Assembly (NCBI GenBank): GCA_002422875.1
Contig: DITT01000028.1
Coordinates: 20,861-84,860, forward strand
Reading direction: 5' to 3'
DNA from: Rickettsiales bacterium UBA6177
GTDB lineage: Bacteria > Pseudomonadota > Alphaproteobacteria > Rickettsiales > UBA6177
Length of the DNA: 64,000 bases
Position numbers and translations under genes: made by a program. The notes beneath the pieces are model-generated. The model worked only from the letters and a program-made list of their open reading frames with translations. It was not told where the DNA came from and ran no database searches. The first letter of the stretch is position 1. Each line of letters starts with the position of its first letter. Of this stretch, positions 19,094 to 29,218 are shown one piece after another.

Positions 19094-21757
19094 ATGAATG
19101 AATTTGATATATACACATTAGGATCAGGATATTATTTAGAAAAGATATTTAATGCGATCAGACTAATTATTGATGGTAAGGATAGTTTTACTTCAATAAT
19201 GAAATTTGGCTGTATTATCGCAATTGTTGCTTTAGCAGTTAGAGCTGGCATAAATAATGATTTAAAATCTGCAGCAAAATGGTTTTTAGGCGTAACTATT
19301 TTAGTTGGCTTGTTCTTAACAAGTAGAGCAACAGTTCATATTCATGATACCTTGCCTAATTCTTATGGGGGCTTGCAAGCTCCAAGAACAGTTCAAAACG
19401 TACCTTGGGGACTCGCATTCTTAGGGTCATCTACTTCTAAAGTAGGTAATTTTATAGCAGAAAAATTTGATATGGCATTTGCAGGGGTATTTGTAAATTC
19501 TACCTATCAAGAAACTGGAATGTTATTTGGCAGTAAAATAATAGAAGATGTAAGTAGGTTAAGGATTCAAGATCCTAACCTCAAAGCTTTTATCTCAAAA
19601 TTCTATAAAAGATGCATGGTGCCAGATTTACGCATGGGGCACAACAGGGTAAATGGCTATACAGTTAAAGATTTTGCTGAAAATGATGATATATTAACAT
19701 TTCTAAAAGAGCATTCATCTAAAGCAAGAATGATTGCATATGATAATATGTATATCAGTTGTAATGATGCTGCTAATAAAATTTATAATGAACTAAATGC
19801 AGAAATAACTAATAGATCTCCAAAACTTGCCAAGAGCTTTTTATCATATTTTTTTCCTGAAAAATCTGTAGTTGAGAGTAACCAGTTATTTGAATCGCTA
19901 CTTTTAAGTAGTTATGGCAACTTTATTAAAAATAGTAGTAAAGAGGCTAAAGATATTCTACTTCAAAATGTTATGATCAATAGTTTAAGTGATAAGGTAG
20001 GAAGCTTTGGTAAATCCTTTGGTAAGGTAACTGCGGAAGCTACAACATCAGCTGCAAATTATTCTGTTGCCCAGATGGCTCAGAAATTTGTACCAATTTA
20101 TAGAGCGGTGTTAGAGTGTATTCTATATGGGATGTTTCCTCTGATTCTGATACTTATGGTAACTCCTATTGGACTAGAAGTTTTAAAAAATTACAGCTTT
20201 GGTTTTATCTATTTACAGATGTGGCAACCGATGTATGCGATATTATTCTGTATAGCTGGTAGTTGGGGAAAGTTTTATGCAAGTGACATAGGAACACTCA
20301 CATTTGCTAACCATTATAAAATATCGCAAGTAAATGCAGAAATATCAGCAATAGCTGGCTATATGCTGGCATCAATCCCAATACTTTCTGTGTTTATTAC
20401 TAAAGGCATGGTTTCAAGTATGGGCAGCTTAGCAAGTTCAGTATTTTATGTGCAGCAATCAGCTGCCATACAAAATGCCGAAAGTGCTGTTAGAGGGAAC
20501 TATCAGCTTGGTAATACACAAGTTGATACTCATAGTTTTAATAATACAAGTGGTAATAAATTTGATGATAATCATGCTTGGATGAGTGGGATGAAATCAT
20601 TTGCTATGTCAAGTGGTGCAATGGAAAAGCATTATACTGATGGAAGAGCTGGAATAGATTCAGGCCCAGCTATTAGCAATTTAGCAGGTTTAGCTAAGAT
20701 TGACTTTGGTAAAGCAATAGGTAACAGATTTGATCAATCTATAGGAGAGCAGCAAAGTAAAGCCGATAGATATTCTGTAAACAGCATTGAAAGTGCTGCT
20801 AGCGGTTATTCTAAGATTTTAGGACTTGATCAAAGCTTTAATGAATCAAGTCAGGATTATCAAAACTGGAGCAGCAATTTAACCACTGAACAAAGAGAAG
20901 CTTTAGATGAAACACGAAGCCAGATTAGTAGATTTGCAAAAAACAATAATATCAGCACTCAAGATGCAGTTAAATTCACTGTTGCAGCTACTGCTGGTAT
21001 TGGTGAAAATTACCTAAAGTTTTTTAGTATTAAAGGAGGGGTTACAGGCTCAGCTAGCTCTTCTAAAGAAGAAATCTTTAATAAAGCACAAGAACTATCA
21101 AATGATACAAGATTTAGTTCTGCATTAAGTAAGGTTAGGAGTTTTGCTATCTCGGACACTCATCAAGAAGGAACCACTTTTAATAATTCAGTGCTACAAA
21201 GTTCTAAGGATGATTTTCATGCCTCTAAAACCTCATCTTATCAAGCTACTAAAGCGATGGATAGAGTTAAGAACTTGCAAGAATCTAAATCAAGATTTGA
21301 ACAAGATAGTGCCAATATTAGCCAGGATTTATCTCATAAATTTGCAGAAAGCTCTATAGCAAGATTTGGAGCAGCTAAATTTGATGATATGCTAAGAAAC
21401 GATCCAAAAGCTATTCAAGCATTACTCAATCAATTTGTAGAAGAAAATATCGGTAACATTGGCGGCAATACTCATCAAGAGTATCAAAATCAACAAAGAA
21501 ACTTCAACTCTGACGAGAGCAATCTTAAAAATATACACAATCAAGAAGCGAGTAAATTAGAAAGTGAATTTGAAGAAAAGAGAAAAATTCAAGAACATTC
21601 TCATCATCGTAATAATAGTAGTAGCAACAGTGATCTCAAAGATGATGTTATCACAAACCAGAAAGCAATGGAAAAGTCATTAAGTAAAAAGGCAAATATT
21701 CTAAATAGAAATAGTAACAAAACTAAAAAATATATTATCGACAAACAAAATAAATAA
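19094..21757 (+). CDS. traG: F-type T4SS protein TraG (N-terminal polytopic membrane domain plus C-terminal periplasmic domain)
   Basis: The start at MNEFDIYTLGSGYYLEKIFNAIR follows a purine-rich spacer. The protein has multiple TM helices in its first ~450 aa. It is in the syntenic position after traH. Confidence 0.8.
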   Translation: MNEFDIYTLGSGYYLEKIFNAIRLIIDGKDSFTSIMKFGCIIAIVALAVRAGINNDLKSAAKWFLGVTILVGLFLTSRATVHIHDTLPNSYGGLQAPRTVQNVPWGLAFLGSSTSKVGNFIAEKFDMAFAGVFVNSTYQETGMLFGSKIIEDVSRLRIQDPNLKAFISKFYKRCMVPDLRMGHNRVNGYTVKDFAENDDILTFLKEHSSKARMIAYDNMYISCNDAANKIYNELNAEITNRSPKLAKSFLSYFFPEKSVVESNQLFESLLLSSYGNFIKNSSKEAKDILLQNVMINSLSDKVGSFGKSFGKVTAEATTSAANYSVAQMAQKFVPIYRAVLECILYGMFPLILILMVTPIGLEVLKNYSFGFIYLQMWQPMYAILFCIAGSWGKFYASDIGTLTFANHYKISQVNAEISAIAGYMLASIPILSVFITKGMVSSMGSLASSVFYVQQSAAIQNAESAVRGNYQLGNTQVDTHSFNNTSGNKFDDNHAWMSGMKSFAMSSGAMEKHYTDGRAGIDSGPAISNLAGLAKIDFGKAIGNRFDQSIGEQQSKADRYSVNSIESAASGYSKILGLDQSFNESSQDYQNWSSNLTTEQREALDETRSQISRFAKNNNISTQDAVKFTVAATAGIGENYLKFFSIKGGVTGSASSSKEEIFNKAQELSNDTRFSSALSKVRSFAISDTHQEGTTFNNSVLQSSKDDFHASKTSSYQATKAMDRVKNLQESKSRFEQDSANISQDLSHKFAESSIARFGAAKFDDMLRNDPKAIQALLNQFVEENIGNIGGNTHQEYQNQQRNFNSDESNLKNIHNQEASKLESEFEEKRKIQEHSHHRNNSSSNSDLKDDVITNQKAMEKSLSKKANILNRNSNKTKKYIIDKQNK

Positions 21758-21773
21758 AATAAACGAAATAAAT

Positions 21774-22154
21774 ATGGAGATCAAAAGTATGAAGGAATCT
21801 AATTTCCCACTTAGAATGAGCAAGAAAGAAAAAACATTCTTAAAAAGAGCAGCAAAAGATAATGGTGTGAGCATGAATGATTACATTCGTTACCGCGTGT
21901 TTGTAAATAATCAAGACATTTCTGATGAAGATATTATTTATGAGTCTCCTGATAGAACTAAGCATAATTATATTACTGCTAGAGTACTGCAAGATGTTTA
22001 CCTACTACTTTTAAATATCTTAACTGAAAATAAATCAGAAGAGGAAGCTTTAGAGCTTAAAAAAATATGTAGAGATCATGCAGAGCAAAATATAGCTAAA
22101 TTTGGTTACCTAAAAATAGATAGAAATGCAAGATCAGAATTATCAGAATTTTAA
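21774..22154 (+). CDS. Putative ribbon-helix-helix relaxosome accessory protein (MobC-like)
   Basis: The N-terminal RMSKKEKTFLKRAAKDNGVSMNDYIRYRV fits the RHH/MobC pattern. It lies immediately upstream of the coupling protein and relaxase genes. Confidence 0.4.
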   Translation: MEIKSMKESNFPLRMSKKEKTFLKRAAKDNGVSMNDYIRYRVFVNNQDISDEDIIYESPDRTKHNYITARVLQDVYLLLLNILTENKSEEEALELKKICRDHAEQNIAKFGYLKIDRNARSELSEF

Positions 22155-22165
22155 AGGTAAAATAG

Positions 22166-24028
22166 ATGAGTGACTTTATACGTGGTGGGCAAGTAACATT
22201 TCATAATCTTAGGATGCTAATGCAAGTAGTAAAAGTGCTTGCAAGGATTGGCATCTTGCTTTTACTTACTGCTATTATTTATTCATTCTATGAAAACTCA
22301 AATATTAATGATTGGGTAGTTATTACAAAATATATCAAACATAATTTTTTAAACTCATTAACTCTAACACTAGAAAATTCATTTGAGTTAGTTATAGATA
22401 AATTTGAACAGATATTGTTTAAAGGTCTTGTTCTAGCAATGCTTATGGAAGCAATTGTTATAGGTAGTTGTGTAATATTCTTTTGGTTTAGAGGTAGAAA
22501 AATCAAACAATTAAAGAAATTAAGAGGAATATTTGCTTTAACTGATAAAGATTTAAGAAAACAAATCAAAAAACATAACAATGAATTTAAAAGATTTAGT
22601 TTGTTTGGTTTTTATCATTTTTTTAATAACTACAAACCATTTTCAATAGCAGGTTTTCATTACCCTATCTCTGGAAAGTCAAATTCCTGGAATGCAAGTG
22701 AGCAATCTCATACTTTAATTTTAGGTTCTACTGGCAGTGGAAAAACTACAGTTATAAAAGATCTAATTTATCAGCTTTATAAACGTAATCAAAAAGCTAT
22801 AATTGTTGATATCAAGGGCGACATGATTGAGAATTTCTACTCTGAAAAAAGAGGTGATATTATTTTAAATCCTCTTGATCTCCGAGGAAGAAATTGGTCA
22901 TTTTTTAAAGAAACAAATCCACTTAAGGGTTTTGCGACTATTGCTAAATCATTACTGCCAAAAGAATCTAAAAGTGATCCTATATGGATTGACGCTGCAC
23001 GCGGAGTTGTAGCAGAACTTGCTAGCTTGTATGTTAGTGAAAATCTATCAATGGCTGAATTTGCTGATAAAATACTTAAAGCTGACCTTGCAACCATAGC
23101 AAAATTACTAGAACAGACTTCTGCTTCAAAAATAATTAATGAAAATATTGAAAAAGCGTCGTTATCAGTACTTATGGTATTAAGCACTTATCTAAAACCA
23201 TTTAAACTATATCAAAGCTCAGAAAATAGTTTTTCAATAACAGAATGGATAAATGATACATCTCAACAGAATTTCTTATTTATTAGCTCAAGAGCTGATG
23301 TAAAAGAAGATTTAAACCCAATTATATCAACTCAAGTAGATATCGCAATAAATGCAGTAAGATCTTTGACTACTGCAAGTAATACTCCAAAAATATGGTT
23401 TTTACTCGATGAGCTTGCATATTTTGATCAAGCAATACCAACACTTAAAGATGGCTTAGCTACTGTTCGTTCATTTGGCGGATGTTTTGTATTAGGTACT
23501 CAAGATATGAGTTCAATTGCAAAGATTTATTCTCGTGAGCATGCAGAATCTATTGCGGGTAATTGTAAAACTAAGGTTTTTATGAATCTAGCAGGAAAAG
23601 AATCTGCTACTTGGTGTTCTGATCTCCTTGGTGAAGGAGAGATTGAGCAGTGGCAAGAAGGTTTATCTTATGGTGCTCATGAGATGAGAGACGGTATACA
23701 AGTTAATCATAATCAAAAATTAAAGAAAATAGTTTTACCGTCAGAGCTTTTGATGCTTAAAGCTGGTGAAGGCTATATTAGTTTTGCAGGATTTGCTCCT
23801 GCAAGATTTAAGTTTGAAAATCAAATTTATAAAAAAATAGCTCCTTCATATATAGAAAACTTAGATCTTTATCAGAAATTTCAACATGAAGCTCTTGAGG
23901 CTGAAAATATTAGAAAAGAGATTGAGAAGAAATTATTTTTGTTCCCAAAACAAGCTCAAGCACAGATGACAAAAACTAAAGATAAATCACGAATTGATAA
24001 GTCTATAATATTATCTGAGGAGTTATAA
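22166..24028 (+). CDS. traD: Type IV coupling protein TraD (F-type T4CP)
   Basis: It has two N-terminal TM helices, Walker A LGSTGSGKTT and Walker B WFLLDELAY. The TraD/VirD4-like C-terminal core includes GTQDMSSI. Confidence 0.85.
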   Translation: MSDFIRGGQVTFHNLRMLMQVVKVLARIGILLLLTAIIYSFYENSNINDWVVITKYIKHNFLNSLTLTLENSFELVIDKFEQILFKGLVLAMLMEAIVIGSCVIFFWFRGRKIKQLKKLRGIFALTDKDLRKQIKKHNNEFKRFSLFGFYHFFNNYKPFSIAGFHYPISGKSNSWNASEQSHTLILGSTGSGKTTVIKDLIYQLYKRNQKAIIVDIKGDMIENFYSEKRGDIILNPLDLRGRNWSFFKETNPLKGFATIAKSLLPKESKSDPIWIDAARGVVAELASLYVSENLSMAEFADKILKADLATIAKLLEQTSASKIINENIEKASLSVLMVLSTYLKPFKLYQSSENSFSITEWINDTSQQNFLFISSRADVKEDLNPIISTQVDIAINAVRSLTTASNTPKIWFLLDELAYFDQAIPTLKDGLATVRSFGGCFVLGTQDMSSIAKIYSREHAESIAGNCKTKVFMNLAGKESATWCSDLLGEGEIEQWQEGLSYGAHEMRDGIQVNHNQKLKKIVLPSELLMLKAGEGYISFAGFAPARFKFENQIYKKIAPSYIENLDLYQKFQHEALEAENIRKEIEKKLFLFPKQAQAQMTKTKDKSRIDKSIILSEEL

Positions 24029-26760
24029 TGTTATCTATTAAAATCTTAAGTAGTAGTGATGCAGCAGCCAAATATTATTCTCATGGAGATTATTATGGCA
24101 GTGATGGAGAAGGTAAATGGTTTGGAGATGGAAAAAAAGATTTTAATTTAAATGGTGAATTTACAGCTAAAAATAATAAGGAATTTAAAGAGCTACTTGA
24201 TGGTATTATGCCAGATGGTAAGAAGCTAGGACGAGTAATCAAAAACTCAAGACAACATAATCCAGGAACTGATTTGACATTCTCAGCGCCAAAAAGCTTT
24301 TCTATTGAGATGTTAGTAAATGCTGATAGCAAGCAAAAAACAAAATTAGAAGATGCTATGCAAAATGCTGTAGAGAGAACCTTAAGTTATATTGAAAAAT
24401 CAGGTTATATTTTTGCACGGCTTGGAGAAGGTGGTAAAGAGCGAGAGCCTTTAAAAGAGCTAACATTTGCAACATTCATGCATACTACTAATAGAAATCT
24501 AGAGCCCCAGGTTCACGTACATTCATTCTTGGCAAATGCGGCAAAATGCTCGGATGGTAAATACCGCAGTGTTAATATTGATAATTTACTTGCGCATGGC
24601 AAACATTTTGGCCAAATATTTCGAAATGAACTGGCAATAGAAGTTAAAAAATTAGGAATAGAAATACGGCCTACAATATTATCTGATGGCAGTAGTTCTT
24701 TTGAGTTATCAAAGATAAACCCAAAGCTTATTGATGCGTTTTCAACGAGAAGGAAAGAGATAGTTGATATTTGCAAACAACTTGGAATCACTACTAAAGA
24801 AGGAAGGGATAAAGTAGTTATAAATTCTAGGCAAGCTAAGAAATTGGTTAAACAAGAAGATTTAAAACATGCTTGGGAAGAAATTGCTAAAAATGTTCAA
24901 CATAATCATGAAATAAATGAAAAAATTCAAGTAGTACAAAAACATCAAGCTAGCCCAGTACCAAAATATGAAAAAATAACAGCTCAAGATTTAGTCAAAA
25001 TATGTATTGATGATATTTCGTCTAGCAAATCAGTATTTTCGTCTGATGAGTTAGTTCACAAAACTCTAAAATATTCGATTGGAAGATTTAGTGTAAATGA
25101 TATTAAAAATGAAATAAGCGATGTTGCTAAAACTGGCAACTTAATAGAGCATGAGAACAAATTTACAACCAAAGATTTATTAAAAAAAGAAAGGCAGATT
25201 TTAAAATACGCTGACCTAGCTTTAAACAATTCAAAATCTATTATTAAAGAAAACAAAGTTAAAACTTATCTTCAAAGATTTGAAGCTAGAGAATTAGCAA
25301 AGAATAAAGCATTTAAAATGAATGATCAGCAACGAAAAGCATTGCAACATATTCTCACCTCAAAAGATAAAATTATTACTATGGAAGGCCTACCAGGGGT
25401 TGGCAAATCAACTGTATTAAATGGAGTTAGAGATATAGGGGGAAAAAAAATAATTAATTTAATTGGTTTAGGTGAGAGTTATAAAGGCTTAGCTCCTACC
25501 GCTTCAAGTAGTAAAACTCTAGAAAGCTCATCAAAAGTTAAAAGTATGACTCTTCATAGTTTTTTAAATCAGTATAAAGGATATATTGAAGGTAGGGGAA
25601 TCTCTTCAATTAAATTTTTTAATAATGAGTACAAAACCACAGTTATTTTTGTAGATGAAGCCTCTTTAATTTCTACAAACATGATGCATAGTTTGCTTCA
25701 TTTAAAAGAAAAATTTGGCTTTAGGTTAGTGCTAACTGGTGATACTAAGCAATTGAGTGCTGTCGAAGCAGGCAAACCATTTGAGCAAATATTATCTATA
25801 ATCAGACCTATAAAGCTACAAGAGATTGTAAGGCAAAAAGATGATCTTCATAAACAAGTAGTGATAGCTGCAAGTGAAGGTAAAATTGCAAATACATTTG
25901 CTATACATAATCATAATATTAAAGTTACAAACTCTATTGCTCAAGATGCAGCAAGACAGTTTTTGGGGTTATTCCAAAAAGCACAAGAAAACACCTTGCT
26001 AATTTCCCCTACTAGGAAATTAAGAGATGAGATTAATAATCGTATTATTGAAGGACTAAATCTATCCAGCCCAAAATTAGAATTTAAAGCTTTAAGGCAA
26101 AAGGATATGAGTAAAGCTGATTATAATTTTGCTTTAAATTATGCAAGTGGTGATATTATTAAATTTAATAAAAATTATCAAAATGGTATCAATAAAAATG
26201 ACTATTTAAAAATAAAATCCATAGATAAAACTACTAACAGCTTAATACTAGAAAAGAATAACAAAGAGATATTTTATCAACTAAGACAAAATACTGATTA
26301 CTCAAATAAGTTAGAAGTTTTTCAAAGTAAAAATATGATTTTGCAAGAAGGATTAAAGATTATTTTTAACAGAAATGACAAGTCAAATGGTTTGATAAAC
26401 TCAGAAACTGCACAAATAGATAAAATCAATAAAGATGGTACTATCAAACTAACTTTTGAGGACAGGGAGTCCAAAGCTCTTCCAGCTGGTTTGCTGAAAC
26501 ATATTGATTATGGCTATTGTATCACTATTCATGCTGCTCAAGGTAAAACTTATGCAAATACTATAGCTGCAATTAATAATAACAAATTACTTAACAACCA
26601 AAAAATGTGGTTGGTTGCTTTATCACGGCATAAATCTGAATTTACAGCTTTAGTTGAAGATAAATCTAAATTACAAGCTGATTTAACTAAAAATAAAGGG
26701 CTTGAAATGAGTGCTATAGAATTTAAAGAAAAGAAACTAACTCAAATTGCAAATTGCTGA
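24028..26760 (+). CDS. MobF-family relaxase fused to a RecD-like helicase (TrwC/TraI/TraA_Ti-like)
   Basis: The N-terminus has AAKYYSHGDYY (catalytic Tyr pair) and the 3-His motif HTTNRNLEPQVHVHSF. Helicase motifs are GLPGVGKST, IFVDEASLIS, TGDTKQLSAVEAGKPF and ITIHAAQGKT. Confidence 0.85.
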   Translation: MLSIKILSSSDAAAKYYSHGDYYGSDGEGKWFGDGKKDFNLNGEFTAKNNKEFKELLDGIMPDGKKLGRVIKNSRQHNPGTDLTFSAPKSFSIEMLVNADSKQKTKLEDAMQNAVERTLSYIEKSGYIFARLGEGGKEREPLKELTFATFMHTTNRNLEPQVHVHSFLANAAKCSDGKYRSVNIDNLLAHGKHFGQIFRNELAIEVKKLGIEIRPTILSDGSSSFELSKINPKLIDAFSTRRKEIVDICKQLGITTKEGRDKVVINSRQAKKLVKQEDLKHAWEEIAKNVQHNHEINEKIQVVQKHQASPVPKYEKITAQDLVKICIDDISSSKSVFSSDELVHKTLKYSIGRFSVNDIKNEISDVAKTGNLIEHENKFTTKDLLKKERQILKYADLALNNSKSIIKENKVKTYLQRFEARELAKNKAFKMNDQQRKALQHILTSKDKIITMEGLPGVGKSTVLNGVRDIGGKKIINLIGLGESYKGLAPTASSSKTLESSSKVKSMTLHSFLNQYKGYIEGRGISSIKFFNNEYKTTVIFVDEASLISTNMMHSLLHLKEKFGFRLVLTGDTKQLSAVEAGKPFEQILSIIRPIKLQEIVRQKDDLHKQVVIAASEGKIANTFAIHNHNIKVTNSIAQDAARQFLGLFQKAQENTLLISPTRKLRDEINNRIIEGLNLSSPKLEFKALRQKDMSKADYNFALNYASGDIIKFNKNYQNGINKNDYLKIKSIDKTTNSLILEKNNKEIFYQLRQNTDYSNKLEVFQSKNMILQEGLKIIFNRNDKSNGLINSETAQIDKINKDGTIKLTFEDRESKALPAGLLKHIDYGYCITIHAAQGKTYANTIAAINNNKLLNNQKMWLVALSRHKSEFTALVEDKSKLQADLTKNKGLEMSAIEFKEKKLTQIANC

Positions 26761-26775
26761 TTTATTTGGTATAAT
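26747..26775 (+). promoter_or_regulatory. Sigma-70-like promoter (TTGCAA, 17-nt spacer, extended -10 TGGTATAAT)
   Basis: TTGCAA lies at 26747-26752 and TATAAT at 26770-26775, preceded by TG. The arrangement is conserved in repeat copy B. Confidence 0.45.
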
Positions 26776-26808
26776 GAGGATCAGCTAATAATAAAAACTA
26801 CAAACCAG

Positions 26809-27264
26809 GTGAAGCAATTATTGAAGAACATTATCATTGAAACTTATAGGTTTATAGTATTTTTAGCTACTATGCTAATTTTGCTATTAGGTACAATTGC
26901 AAAATCTAAAAGAGTTCAGGCTATTGCTGTACAGGTAATTAAATATATCATAAAAGTTGTAGCTGCAATGACTCTTGTAATAGCAATGTTGGTATTCTCA
27001 CCAATTATTATAATTTTTAAATGGGATTTTATCTGGCTATTATTTATCATGTCAGCAGAATGGTGTTCATATGAACAAGCCAAGAAACTCATGAAGACGA
27101 TTCCAAAATATAGATTTAGCAGATGGAATTTACACTTTCCAAATCCTGCTTATAGTAATACAAGTTCTTGTTATGCTGATCTAGATGATGAAGTTAATAC
27201 CTCTCACTTTAGCAGCCCTGCACATGATTATAGATCAGATAATAATTATTACCATGATAGATAA
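26809..27264 (+). CDS. 151-aa membrane protein, paralog A (unknown function)
   Basis: GTG start. It has about three hydrophobic helices and a conserved tail (YRFSRWNLHFPNPAY...SSPAHDYRSDNNYYH). A paralog lies at 29219-29674. Confidence 0.6.
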   Translation: MKQLLKNIIIETYRFIVFLATMLILLLGTIAKSKRVQAIAVQVIKYIIKVVAAMTLVIAMLVFSPIIIIFKWDFIWLLFIMSAEWCSYEQAKKLMKTIPKYRFSRWNLHFPNPAYSNTSSCYADLDDEVNTSHFSSPAHDYRSDNNYYHDR

Positions 27265-27275
27265 ATAGAAAAATT

Positions 27276-28556
27276 CTAAAAAAACTCATCGACCGAATTT
27301 ATTATGCTTCCTGAAAGTATAGGAGAACAAGTATAATCTAAGAATTTTTCAGATAATGATTTATCATTTATTTTTTCAATGTCTGTTAGGTTTATACAAA
27401 TACCTAATTCATTAGAAAAGTATTGAATAACTTCTTGTTTATGATTTTTTATAGCAATCATAAAAGGAGTATAATTACTATTGTCTATAGCGTTTTGATC
27501 TGCACCATGTAAGATAAGTAATTTTATTATATTAAGTTTAGAATGCTCTACAGCAAGGTGCAAAGCTGTTACATTTCTAATAACCATTTCATTTATAGAA
27601 ATTGTGCTTACTTTTAATAAATATTCTATAGATTCTTGAGAGTGTGAAGCGATATAATTGAATAACATCAACGTTTCATATTGCTTGGAATTTCCTAGCT
27701 CATCTATAATATTAGCAATTGCTGTTTTATTCGATAATCTCTGATCAATAAAATTTGCAAAGTTCTGTACTACTTGATTTTTACTTAGGCTATTTTCTAT
27801 TTCTATACGAAAAAAATCTCTAAATGATTCTATTTGTTTAATTTTTAATTTATTTAAAGATATTTCAGTTAAATCAGGGCAAAAATTATTATGATCGAAA
27901 GTCAAAATATTATTAGCTGTTTTTATCACCAATGTTGCTGCAAATGGAGACAAAATCATTGTGTGAATAAAATTGATATAAATATTGTCACAATCATTTT
28001 GAAAAAAAGATAATTGGATTTCATTATATATCAAGGGAAATGTTTGATCTGGAGACTGATGACCAATTAACAATATTGTAGAACCAATAGGTAAATCAGA
28101 AATTATACTTTGAGGTAAAGAATTATTAAACTTACCAACTAAATAAATATAAAACCCTTTGGACGAGGAGAAATAATTTTGGTAAAATAATGGTGTAGAA
28201 AAAAACTTTTTATATAAAAATATTGGTATTTCTAAAGCTTTTTCTTGATTCAAATGATAATAATAAACTGAGTTTGAAATATATTGAATTGATTCAGACT
28301 TCAACTCAGTATTGCCAATAAGAAAGTATACATATTGTGATTGAGATGATAATATATCTTTCAACTTGTTTTTTTCTTCGCCACTTAATCCTATCAAGAC
28401 CTTATTTACATTAGCAATGCTAAAATAATAATGCCACTTCATAAATTCTGTATATAAAGAAAAAATACTTTCCAATAGTATAGTTAAAATCTTTACATTG
28501 TGATGGACACCATTATTGAGGCATATAAATAATGTCAATATTAAAGTTTCTATCAT
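27276..28556 (-). CDS. Ankyrin-repeat protein with an unknown N-terminal domain
   Basis: C-terminal ANK repeats read VTALHLAVEHSKLNIIKLLILHGADQNAIDNSNYTPFMIAIKNHKQEVIQYF. The real start may be an internal Met (MKWHYYF). Confidence 0.7.
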   Translation of the reverse strand: MIETLILTLFICLNNGVHHNVKILTILLESIFSLYTEFMKWHYYFSIANVNKVLIGLSGEEKNKLKDILSSQSQYVYFLIGNTELKSESIQYISNSVYYYHLNQEKALEIPIFLYKKFFSTPLFYQNYFSSSKGFYIYLVGKFNNSLPQSIISDLPIGSTILLIGHQSPDQTFPLIYNEIQLSFFQNDCDNIYINFIHTMILSPFAATLVIKTANNILTFDHNNFCPDLTEISLNKLKIKQIESFRDFFRIEIENSLSKNQVVQNFANFIDQRLSNKTAIANIIDELGNSKQYETLMLFNYIASHSQESIEYLLKVSTISINEMVIRNVTALHLAVEHSKLNIIKLLILHGADQNAIDNSNYTPFMIAIKNHKQEVIQYFSNELGICINLTDIEKINDKSLSEKFLDYTCSPILSGSIINSVDEFF

Positions 28557-28709
28557 GGCAACACTAATTATAAGTAGTTATTGTATGGAAAGTATGGCTA
28601 AATAAAAATAACAATAAACATTTCTAATCACTTTTTAATTTTGTATGAAACACAACTTCAGTAGCTAAAAATATTTAATGTTTATAAACTACTGAAATTG
28701 TCAATTTTA

Positions 28710-28955
28710 TTAAATTAAATCATTATCTAAATTTATAACTCCAGAAACTTCTACCGCTGGAAGCTCATCAGCTAAGGCAGCAATCGTTGCTACAGGAGCT
28801 AAAATAAGGGCTGCAGTAGCAGCTGCTCCTAAAACAACTGTGCCACCTACTATCATTGCTGTTTCTGCTGCAGTTGTAGTTACTACTACTGTGGTTCCTG
28901 CTGCTGTTGTTACTGTTACTGTTGCAGCTCCTAAACTTGGTGTCCATAATGCCAT
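28710..28955 (-). CDS. Small Ala/Thr/Val/Gly-rich hydrophobic protein (81 aa)
   Basis: AAGAGG lies 8 nt upstream of the ATG. The coding DNA is triplet-repetitive and locally GC-richer. One clear TM helix is present (GGTVVLGAAATAALILAPVATIAAL). No family assigned. Confidence 0.4.
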   Translation of the reverse strand: MALWTPSLGAATVTVTTAAGTTVVVTTTAAETAMIVGGTVVLGAAATAALILAPVATIAALADELPAVEVSGVINLDNDLI

Positions 28956-28978
28956 AATATACCTCTTTTATTTCTATT

Positions 28979-29001
28979 ATGTAATTTATAATAAATTACA
29001 T
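28979..29001. promoter_or_regulatory. Perfect 23-nt palindrome ATGTAATTTAT-A-ATAAATTACAT (operator candidate)
   Basis: Read directly. It lies 24 nt upstream of the start of the small ORF at 28955, in a divergent intergenic region. Confidence 0.35.
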
Positions 29002-29071
29002 TTGTAATTATATTGCATGCATGTAGCCATTCAATATATATTTTAGGAATAGTGTATAAAAAATACCTAAA

Positions 29072-29089
29072 GCTTGATAATTATCAAGC
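29072..29089. promoter_or_regulatory. Perfect 18-nt palindrome GCTTGATAATTATCAAGC (operator candidate)
   Basis: Read directly. It is in the same intergenic region, about 55 nt upstream of repeat copy B. Confidence 0.3.
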
Positions 29090-29144
29090 ACGTCACTCTA
29101 GATCTGGTAGTTCTGCTTAATACTCAAAAAGTAGATTTCATAAA

Positions 29145-29173
29145 TTGCAAATTTCTGATATATTTGGTATTAT
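29145..29173 (+). promoter_or_regulatory. Sigma-70-like promoter (TTGCAA, 17-nt spacer, TGGTATTAT)
   Basis: It has the same architecture as 26747-26775, with TTGCAA at 29145-29150 and TATTAT at 29168-29173. Confidence 0.4.
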
Positions 29174-29218
29174 GATAATTAAGTTATAATAACTGTAGAT
29201 TACAGATACGAAAATAAA

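Larger units (their letters stand above)
26744..27264 (+). repeat. Direct repeat copy A (~520 bp: last ~17 nt of the relaxase gene, a promoter, and the 151-aa ORF)
   Basis: It aligns by eye with 29142-29674, from AAATTGCAAATT(G/T)CTGAT to the stop codon of the 151-aa ORF. Confidence 0.8.
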
